Assembly (NCBI GenBank): GCA_002633005.1
Contig: NMRA01000180.1
Coordinates: forward strand, 1 to 34,739
Length of the DNA stretch: 34,739 nt
Reading direction: 5' to 3'
DNA from: Phoronis australis
Lineage: Eukaryota > Animalia > Phoronida
Shown: in pieces, positions 1-9,995 of the stretch
Position numbering within the stretch: the stretch's first letter is position 1
How the letters are laid out: the number at the start of each line of letters is the position of its first letter
Made by a program: the position numbers and the translations under genes
Notes under the pieces: model-generated
Told to the model about the DNA's origin: nothing
Seen by the model: the letters and a program-made list of their open reading frames with translations, nothing else
Database searches by the model: none

Positions 1-105
1 AGGAGCGCAGAAGAACGTGCACAAATCCTGAACCCGCTCATGGCGGCACAAGCTGTAATGGGAATAATACTGCAACCCAAATATGTTTTCTCCAACATTG
101 TCCAG
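1..105 (+). CDS. 3' end of a TSP1-repeat exon of the upstream TSR gene copy (partial)
   Basis: Translates ERRRTCTNPEPAHGGTSCNGNNTATQICFLQHCP, then a phase-1 donor (ccag|gtttg at 105/106). The exon end and the following intron are homologous to 16412-16570. Confidence 0.85.
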
Positions 106-318
106 GTTTGTTTTCGATTAAGTAAATTACGTTGTTTCAAAAGACTGGGTTATTGGATAATTTAAATGTTGAGTTCCAAGAAGTCTTTTTGTTTTTAAGA
201 ATAGAATTGTTTTATGCTAATTGAAAGCAAGTCCGAAGGTTGTTCGTCGAATTTTAACCGAAACTAATAAAACGTTGGGTTGATGTTGGTGTAAACATTT
301 AACCACCATAATTTTCAG

Positions 319-489
319 TGAATGGAGGTTGGAACACTTGGAATAGGTGGGGTGCGTGCAGTGCGACATGTGGTGGCGGTGTGCAGGTCAGGAACCGCAC
401 TTGTAATAAACCTGAGCCCCAGTACAACGGAACAGACTGCGTTGGTGCTGGTTCCGAAATTCTCGGCTGCAATTTCCATGATTGTCCAG
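319..489 (+). CDS. 171-bp single-TSP1-repeat exon (upstream TSR gene copy)
   Basis: ttttcag acceptor at 318 and ccag|gtaaaa donor; phase 1-1; VNGGWNTWNRWGACSATCGGGVQVRNRTC...CP. Paralogous to exon 16758-16928. Confidence 0.9.
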
Positions 490-644
490 GTAAAATGTTG
501 CTACTCATCAGTCGAAACAAATCGCAATTTCTTTTTGAAATTGTCTTAACTATGTTGTTAGCACACCATGCGCTGTAGATTTTCAACAAAATGTCTTCAA
601 CTATTCGCTTTTGAAGTGAATGCATTTTTGTATTATACATGTAT

Positions 645-839
645 TTGACGAGGTGGGAATTCTTGGGGATCATGGGGAGATTGCGCACTAAGTTGTGGAG
701 GAGGTCAGCAGTTGCGTACATACAGAAGGATGTGTACATTACAAACCCTACTCCCTCCCATTACGAGGAAGATTGCAAGGGACAAATTATCCTGGCTCCG
801 ACAAAAACTAACGAGTCTGAAGCACTCTTAACTGTAGAT
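645..839 (+). pseudogene. Decayed chimeric TSP1 pseudo-exon
   Basis: The AG acceptor is lost and there are frameshifts. The 5' part matches exon 17096-17266 (NSWGSWGDCALSCGGGQQLR...TNPTPSHYEEDCKG). The 3' part (cctggctccgacaaa...aactgtagat|gtaaatatt) matches the end of exon 13895-14065 and its intron. Confidence 0.75.
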
Positions 840-1031
840 GTAAATATTGGCATTTATTACATATTTTTTAATTTGATAAAATGTTATCTTTTTGCATTTT
901 TATGTATTAGCGTATGGCATACTTAAGGTACATTCATACTTTATGGTGAAGTGAAGAGGGTGGGATAGAAAAGTTAACTTATAACCTCGTCATACTTAAC
1001 AAAGAACATGATACAATCAAAATCATTTCAG

Positions 1032-2749
1032 TTGACGGCGGTTGGGCTGACTGGAGCCAGTGGTCGGACTGTTCGACGTCGTGTGGCAAGGGTAACGAAA
1101 GTTCAAAAAGAACCTGCTCTGATCCTGCACCCGCTCATGGCGGGCGAGGATGTGTTGGGAAGGAGACGAGAATCAGGAAATGTAAGCTGATGGAATGCCC
1201 TGTAAACGGCGGTTGGAGTCAATGGAGCTACTGGGGTCCGTGCTCTAAATCGTGCGGGGAGGGTACACAAACCAGCTCCCGAAACTGCAGCAACCCGTTG
1301 CCAGCCAACAGCGGGCTTGACTGTGTCGGAAACAGTACGAGAACAATTTCTTGCAAACTGAGCGAATGTCCAATAGATGGCGTATGGACGGCTTGGTCTG
1401 AGTGGAGTTCTTGTTCTCAGAAGTGCGGAGATGGAATCAAGAGGAGCTTCAGGAATTGTTCAGATCCAGAACCACAGCATAATGGGCTATATTGTCCAGG
1501 AGATAACCAGCGAAATCGGTCATGCGTAATCAAAAACTGTTCAATAAACGGAGGCTGGAACTCGTGGNTAAATGGGTCTTGGAGTGTCTGGGCTCCATGG
1601 ACCGACTGTTCGACAACATGTGGTGGCGGAGTGCAAAATCGAACGAGAACGTGTACAGACCCAACACCAAGATTTGGTGGGTGGAACTGTAGCGGTAATA
1701 ATTCAGAAATACGAATTTGTGGATTAATAAACTGCCCCGTTAACGGAAGTTGGGGACCTTGGAAAGAATGGGGTCCCTGTTCCTCTTCTTGTAGTCAGGG
1801 CCTGCAAACTAGGAGCAGACTTTGTGACAGCCCAGAACCATCGTTTGGAGGTAACAACTGTTCCGGTAACTATACTGCAGTGCGTTCGTGCATCGTGAAA
1901 CATTGTCCTGTTGACGGCGAATGGGAATCTTGGAGTAACTGGGGTGGATGTTCTAGAACTTGCGGTGAAGGTATGCATTTCAGATTCAGAACATGTGGTA
2001 ACCCTGCGCCACAATACGGGGGACGAAACTGCTCTGGGAACGATACCATGGCACAACAATGTATCAAAAAGCACTGTCCAGTCGATGGAGGATGGACGCC
2101 ATGGAGTGGGTGGGGTACGTGTTCTAGTAAGTGCGGCGTAGGGGTGCAGGTCAGAAACAGAACGTGTATAAATCCAGCGCCAATGTATGGAGGACAAAAT
2201 TGTTCCGGCAACAATACTATAACACAGGTGTGTTTCTTAAAAGACTGTCCCGTAGACGGAAAGTGGTCAGCTTGGAGTAACTGGGGGAAATGTTCCAAAA
2301 CTTGCGGTTCAGGTGTACGTGTGAGGAATAGAACATGTGACACTCCTGCACCGGAATATGGTGGAAGAAATTGTTCTGGTAACTCTACGATGATGCAGTC
2401 GTGCTTCGTAAAACATTGCCCTGTCGACGGATGTTGGGAGGATTGGAGTGAATGGGGCGCATGCTCAAGAACCTGTGGTGAAGGGATTCAGGTCCGGAAT
2501 AGAAAATGCAATCGCCCGGTACCAACGTATGGAGGGCGCAATTGTTCCGGCAACAATACTTTGACACAATCGTGCCTCGTAGCACACTGCTCAGTCGATG
2601 GAGGTTGGGGGGCTTGGAGTGAGTGGAGTGCGTGCTCAACAAGTTGTGGCGCAGGTGTTCAAGTCACCAAAAGAAGATGCGATAACCCTGCAGCAGCTTA
2701 CGGTGGACACAACTGTACAGGTAATGGCACTGACACAAAATTATGCTAA
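1032..2749 (+). CDS. Large multi-TSP1-repeat exon (about 11 repeats) of the upstream TSR gene copy; ends in TAA inside the last repeat
   Basis: tttcag acceptor at 1031; open frame of 57-aa WxxWxxWxxCSxxCG...RxRxC repeats. The N at 1568 stands where the paralog 14294-16516 has about 150 bp more. TAA follows KLC. Confidence 0.85.
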
Positions 2750-2830
2750 TCTGAATGGCTGACCCCCCACCTTGCCGCTTGTTGGCTGTACAGTGGTCGG
2801 TGGATCCGTGGACTGATACTTAATAACACT

Positions 2831-2995
2831 ATCATCACCATCATCATCATCATCATCATCTTCCCGGATCATCATCATCATCATCATAATTATTATTATT
2901 ATCATTACCATCGATATTATTATTATTAACAGTAGCACCATCATCATTGTTATTATTGTATTGGCATTATTGCTGTTAATATTTAGTATTAATAT
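2831..2995. repeat. (CAT)n/(ATT)n microsatellite
   Basis: catcatcat... and attattatt... tracts read directly. Confidence 0.9.
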
Positions 2996-3106
2996 TACTC
3001 ACAGTTATTTTTATGTCTGGTCTGGCCGCCACCTGTTGGCCATTAGGTCACATCTGTGATCTAAATGTACATGTATATTTCCTCACGGTTTCAAAATTTA
3101 CACACG

Positions 3107-3149
<43 letters not shown>

Positions 3150-3170
3150 GTTATTATTATCATCATTATG
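3107..3170. repeat. (CAT)n microsatellite
   Basis: About 14 perfect CAT units followed by TTA units. Confidence 0.9.
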
Positions 3171-3231
3171 AATCATAGCTGTTGTTTTCCTGATGGGAAG
3201 ACCATCGCTGACTTTTGATTTTCAGACGGGA

Positions 3232-4487
3232 GTGACATTCGATGCGTCCTCTCGAGATGATTTTGCTTTTTCAAGCTCATGTTGCGACCATATATGTAGC
3301 TCCTTTTGGCTACTAGAAGCTTGTAAACGTTTGCAGGTGTTTTCTTATAGATTAGACAATGGCGGCCAACGACTTTTCGGGGGTCTCTGTCCACCACCGA
3401 GCCCCTGGTGGCATTGTTGTACCTTTGCCTCTATATCTTCAGACTTTCTTATTTTTTTGTAATTTGTCAAGCAGGTTTCGGTAATGAAAATGACAGCATC
3501 GCTCCAACTTAGGTGGGTTTCGACGTATTTTGCGCCAAAAATGGCTTATCAGCACCACGTCGCAGTCGTTGGCTCATTTCAACTCTCGTAATGCTGCTCT
3601 GGATTACTTTTTGGCGCACAGCATGATCAATTTACGGATGCAATTCCATTCTTTTTCTATTTTCGAATAGGAAAGTTGTGTTATGTCTTCTATGCCTGAG
3701 TAACATACATGTAGTATGCCTGCATAATCTATTACTAACTGTACTTCGGGAGCAAGTTTTCTGTTATACAGAATTTGTTGAATGCACGACACTTTTCATT
3801 GTTCACGGTCTTTATTCCGTTGCGTTCATACTTTCTGAACAAAACTCTACTCTCTACTGAGCATAGATACAGTAACTGACCTAGCGACATAATTAAAAGA
3901 CACACGATATTTCGAAACATACTTGTTTCATTCTCAAGTGAAGATAAAATGACGCAGTAATGCCACCACAGAGTATAAGCTGANGGCGTGACATTCGATG
4001 CGTCCTCTCGAGATGATTTTGCTTTTTCAAGCTCATGTTGCGATCATAAATGTAGCTCCTTTTGCCTACTAGAAGCTTGTAAACGTTTGCAGGCGTTTTC
4101 TTATAGATTAGACAATGGTGGCCAACGACTTTTCGGGGGTCTCTGTCCACCACCGAGCCCCTGGTGGCATTGTTGTACCTTTGCCTCTATATCTTCAGAG
4201 TTTCTTAATTTTTTGTAATTTGTCAAGCAGGTTTCGGTAATGGAAATGACAGCATCGTTCCAACTTAGGTGGGTTTCGACGTATTTTGCGCCAAAAATGG
4301 CTTATCAGCTCTACGTCGCAGTCGTTGGCGCATTTCAACTCTCCTAATGCTGCTCTGGATTACTTTTTGGCGCACAGCATGATCAATTTACGGATGCAAT
4401 TCCATTCTTTTTCTATTTTCGAATAGGAAAGTTGTGTTATATCTTCTATGCCTGAGTAACATAGTATGCTTGCATAATGTATTACTA
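3232..4487. repeat. About 500-bp near-identical direct repeat (3232-3737 and 3988-4487) flanking an N gap
   Basis: Both copies start gtgacattcgatgcgtcctctcgag and end ...attacta, with scattered SNPs and a 6-bp indel. The second copy begins just after the N at 3984. Confidence 0.9.
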
Positions 4488-6732
4488 CTATAGATGCTCC
4501 TTTAAATGTTCAGGGTACTGTAAATTTGCAGAATTAATACTGTATTTATGAGATTAATACACAAATATCTTAAAATGTGTAAATGATTTTGTCAGTCTCA
4601 ATATGGCGTGGGAAACATTCTGTAAACATTCTATATCCCGTCAACACGCCATCTGTGCGAGGGGAAGAAGAGACAGATTGCCGTATTCGAATTAAGGGTT
4701 AAGATAAGTAGGACCCTGTCACGTGACCCTGTTGACAGGTCTGTGTGATTAACCGAATATCCACAAAACTATAAATTTTAACTGAGTAAAACTATAAATA
4801 TCCTGTAAGTAGATAAACTGTAGAATGTTATTTTTGAATTTTTACCAATGTATTATTAAATGAGTCACGTGACTACGACTTTTAGTTGAGTTAAGTTCAA
4901 AACGTATCAATGACATGATCACAATCATGAAAATCACATAAGTCCTATTTTTACTGTTCCCCGTGCAAAAGAGAAACAATATAAAAGCATTTTATAACAG
5001 CGTTTTAGAGAACAGTGCATCAAACATACTGCCTGAAAATTTCATATGAATTCGATCTGCCGTTTCTGAAATTTCATGTCTCGGAGTCTGGGCATTTTTG
5101 TAGGGTCTTACGGTAGTACATTAGTTATTGAGCTAACACAACTTGCATCGCTTTTGTTGTTCTCCGGACATATTAACAAGCGTGGGACAATGCGCGCACG
5201 TGTACGGAGAATGAGAACGAATTACACCAGTACTCTAGAGGATCGTTCCAGTTCCGTATTCAGTCCTAGTAAACACTTGTGTATCTGCCACTTTGGCATG
5301 AAGTAAAACATTACCATAATTCATCAGACAAAGGCAAAACAATTTTTTTCGAGAGTGCTATTTACAAATACTGGCATAGCTTTCCGACTTACTCGAAATG
5401 CTAGCGAAGTGTTTATAGCGTTTGACTTACTATTGACCAGGTCGTCACTGATTAGATAAAGGCAATGGGACGCATATCCACAGAGTAGTGACACAATACC
5501 GCCACATATTGCTTGAGTGAATTCCACGCGCACCGTACTTGGCAACTGACAGGTAAGATGCATTAAAAGATTGCCCGTGATTTCCATTTCTCATGAACAC
5601 TTTGTTTGCCAAAGTCACCCATTTCTTTGAAGCATCTCAAGGACAGCGGCTTCCTTTTACCTTTTTTGTCTTATGTGATTTTGCATTTTTGTTAGATTAG
5701 CGAGTTGGTCACGCGATATTTATAAGGTCTTGTTTCTATATTCACGAGATCATAACACTCTTTATTTACGCTTCGCACAAGTTCATCAATTAACTGAATT
5801 TTCTATATTTTGGATTTTTGGTCGAATAGACATACGGGTGGCAAGTAAAACGAAACAGACCACAAGGCGGTGTTTGAGGTAGAAACATTGGTCAATCTCA
5901 AAGAAAGCGGTATGATTCTGATTATTTCTGTGTACAGTGTTTTTGTTTTTGGTGTTATTGCTAATTGAAAGAAAACAACGATTAGCACACTGTCTTTTAT
6001 TCCAGTAGAACATCCTCTCGATCGGTCTTCATTATTGATGGAGTGATCCAAGCATGAAGCGACACCTGGCGCTAATCTTCGTGATTTTGACGTGTGGGAT
6101 AGCATTGCGTAAGTTGCCATTTTTATCGGGCTTGTTCCACATTGTTAGCTGGTTCTATCATCCATCTACATGTATGTTTCATAAACTCACTCTCCTTTTC
6201 TGCACAGGACATTGAATAAATCTTTGGAACGATGGCACTACCTGTTGAGACAAGAGGTTTTATTATTTTATGATAAGGGCGTTGTTCGCGAAAGTTTACT
6301 GGCTACTGAGGTTATTCAAAGCAGTAAAGCCTCACGTAGGCCGACATGAGGTGCTCGGAATATGTTTATATCGAACTTCAGTTTCAAGAGGGTAGATTAT
6401 TGTATTTGTCTTTGGACAGTAAGCACCACAGAGCATGACGTGATTTCTTGTGGGCCAGCTGGAGTTTCACCTCCGTTGTATATCCTTGGTTGGTGATAAC
6501 GGGTTTCAGAATACATGTACTGGAACAAGAAGCGAGTCCTTATTCTCGTGGCCCTGACTTATGACAAGACCTTCAAAAATTCTCAGCTGCGTTCCGTAGA
6601 CATGCACGATAATGTGATCACATGCTTCGATCGTAACGCATGGCAATATCTCGCTCTCGAAGACTTGTGTGATCAAGCTTATTTCTTGCATATATGGAAC
6701 CGGCGGAAACGTGGCAACCATATCAAGAAGGT

Positions 6733-6853
6733 GCGTGTGTGTGTACACATATGCCTAAATCAAGTATGTACACATACACGCACGCGCTCACAAAGGCACT
6801 CATACGCGAACACACGCAAACACACACGCACACGCACACACACACACGCACAC
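6733..6853. repeat. (CA)n/(CACG)-type microsatellite
   Basis: gtgtgtgt then cacacgcacacgcacacacac tracts. Confidence 0.85.
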
Positions 6854-7611
6854 AATTATATATGCTGTATTACTGGCTAATTAAGGTTTCTAACAGCACT
6901 TGCCTTCTACTTTCGGAGAATATATAACTTTCATTTCCTTAAATGCAATGGTGTTGTATACATGTATACCTGACTAAATTAGCAGCTCCAACATAACTAT
7001 CAGTTTGTTTTGCGTGCTCACAATGTACAAAAACTTTGTCTCAGTAGGCCATATTGAGTGCCATCCTTTGCCAGGGCATTGTTTTCGGTCAAGTTCTGTA
7101 ATGGTATCCCTTTAGAAGCCGAATGCGCTTGAAAAAAAGACTAATGCGGAGTTACGAAACGCCTCTTAAGGAATTTTTTTAGGCTACGGAAATTCCCGAA
7201 CTATTAGGGATGCAGGTGTTGGCGCATTTGGAACCCTTCAAATATTTTCGTAGCTTAAATTTTTAGGTTACAGCAATACCTGCTGAGACATTCCGGTTTC
7301 TGTCGATAATTAACCCGTAAATAACGACCCACGGCCACCCAAGCATTGACTCAGGGATCAACTGAAATAGAGTTGACGATGTTAGCGTTCTGTCGCGAAT
7401 TCATTAAGGCCAAAGTTGGCAATAATGTACTTTTTCTAGAAAAACAATTTTCGCTCAAATGTTTTCTCACATGTGTACATGTACATGTATGCATACTAGC
7501 CTAACTTCATAAAGGCAAAGTTTTATTCCATGCAGCATATGCCTCTTCTAAGTCTGACTGTGACATGTTTTAATTGCATTTGATAAGTTGAGTTGTCCTC
7601 CTATTTTGCAG

Positions 7612-9995
7612 ACGCCGAAGCGTATTACGTCGTTTACGTTAAAACGTCGGATGACTGGTTCTCAGGCACAGATGCCCACGTGGACATTAAGCTCTACGGC
7701 CACCTCAGAGAATCCGGGACAGACTGGATTAACTTGAACACGCGAAATCACAACGACTTCGAAAGGGGAAGGTACTGTCACTGAAAGGCCGAAACTTAAA
7801 CGTTATTATCCTTATACAAAATATTCACTTAAAATGATACTAAACCCTGCTTTGAAGAGTTTAGCCAAGTTTAGTTCTGTTACTTGCTCATTCTTGCTCA
7901 TTCCCCATTCCGGCTGATATGAACAGAACCGACAGACGGATTACGATAAAACATGACACAGAGGTACGCAATGTTATTTTGCGAACACCAGTCGATTTTC
8001 GAAGGCATTCGAGTACTGAAGCACCTCCTAGTGGCTATGTTGAGGAAGAATATCTTTTGAACCGATAGATAAATTTTAGTGAAACTTGACACTGGGGTTT
8101 GTGATGTCAATGCGCGATCACTATTAAATTTTTGCGCCATTGTGTTTTAATGTGTTGTGTGGGGAAAATCTGATTGGATAATATTTAAAACACGATTGTT
8201 TAATGTCAACTTAACTTATGTGATGTCACTGCGCCGATTTTTTTGTTTTCGACGTGGATTTGTCAACTGCACTATTGTGACAAGGAGGTTTTCAAAAGTT
8301 GTGTGGGGAATTCTCTAGATGGTATCTAGAGAACCGATTGATGGGTATCAATAAATCTTAATAGTATGTGATGAGAATGTACTGACACCATTTTGCTCTG
8401 ACTCGACAAAAGTTGTGTAGCGTAAGGGAAGAGCGTTTCCCGATTTTATCTAGATAACTGCACGAGTAACTCGTAGATTTTAATGAAACTTGAATCAACA
8501 TTAAATGATGACAATACGACGACACCGTTTGATTTTCGGGCTGATTCTATGACTGCAGCACCTCTTAATGACTCTTATAAACATAGCGTGTGCGATGCAC
8601 CATGGGCTCATGTCAACGCTCCCGCGTTGTCCGTTATTCAATTCTTTCTGGGGAAGAACTTGCACAGATGATACGTGCATCTATCGACAAAGAGGTGTGG
8701 GACTGCATAGCAAGGCGTCCAGTCGGTATTCGGGTAATTTTTACCCCTTAGTTGAAATTCTGTCCTGTTGTCCTCTCAGCTGTTGATAACTCGAACATCT
8801 TATCGTAGTTTGACACAAAAGTGTAGGGCATCGCAAGAGCGGTGCATGTCAGTTTTTACTTTGTGTTTTCCCCAAGGATGAAGGGCTGGGCTTTTTAGTA
8901 ATTTGGAGAAATTTGTTTCCAGATGATCTGTAAAGAACTCGTCCACGTAATTCAATGAAAATGTGGAAAATTGTGAACGCTTTTACATTAAAGCTACCGT
9001 GTGCGATGGGTTGCTTGTCTTCAATTTAAGACCCTTCCATTTTGCTCTCTTATGTTTATGATTTTGTTGTTCTTCTTAGCACCGACGCCTTTTATATTGC
9101 TGAAGATTACGGGATCATATTCAACATCGAATTAAGACACGACGACGCTCATGCGGGCGCAGACTGGAAACTCGAGACAGTGAGTATGGATTTGACCAAA
9201 ATGTGCTAGGCGTCTGTAGAAATGATGTCTTTATAATAATGTACATGGTTGCAACCATAACGCTTAATCATCGTGAGAGACCGTCCGGAGTTGGTGCAAC
9301 TCGGGACGGTCTGTGGTCTACAGTTCAACTGTGAGTCTACACCAATGTGATAAACGAGAGTAGTTCTACTTGCTGTGGCAGCTGCTGGTATGCTTATCTC
9401 TTTTATGGCACACAATGTGTGACTGGGCAAAGCGTTTTCAAAATAATGTGGATAAATCAGTGGAGTGTGAGACCCCTGAGGTCCCTGTTAAGTCCTCACG
9501 GCAATTTTACGTTATGACAGATTTCTACAATTCTGTGAACACAAAGAGATGTCCACCAAGGTAGTAGTACCAATCTTAATCAATAGTTTTCTTCAGAGAT
9601 GTTCAGCAGTCCGTTTGATGAACGAAGCCTATTGGCTCTGACATAAGAAGATGCCATTTTAGTTCGCAGTCGCCTCGGCCATGTCTCTAAAGTGTGGGTC
9701 AGCACAAGAATAAACCAGCAGTATCCAGGCGAATTCAACTTGTGCGGTCATAAACGTTATATTGCTTCTGTCCTATCCCGGCATGCTTTACAATCAAAAC
9801 TGATCTATTAACTTGTCGTCCGCCGGTATCCTGCTTTGCTTGCAAGGGCAGACAGGCCAAACATTATTGACACTATTGATGTTTCCGTATGACAGGTGAT
9901 CGTTATGGACTACAAACGATCGCATACACAATACCAGTTCCACTGCGATTGCTGGATAGAAGAACCTAACCCGTACAAAATTTTAAGAAGGAGCG
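7612..9995 (+). CDS. PLAT/LH2 domain exons (7612-7771, 9080-9179, 9896-9995)
   Basis: AEA-YYVVYVKTSDDWFSGTDAHVDIKLYG...NDFERGS|TDAFYIAEDYGIIFNIELRHDDAHAGADWKLET|VIVMDYKRSHTQYQFHCDCWI matches the PLAT consensus (YxVxVxT..GTDA.V.I.LYG, FERG, HD....W.L..V, F.C..W). Confidence 0.88.

Noticed and set aside
1724-2642. Minus-strand ORFs over the TSR exons (also 15211-16551)
   Set aside because: These are antisense shadows of the repetitive coding strand with no independent features.
2741-2947. Hydrophobic/acidic ORF MMMVLLLIIII...DDDD
   Set aside because: Translation of a microsatellite.
5076-6420. Candidate signal-peptide first exons for the PLAT-TSR gene (ATG at 5076, 5912, 6232)
   Set aside because: None combines a convincing signal peptide with a strong phase-1 donor; left unassigned.
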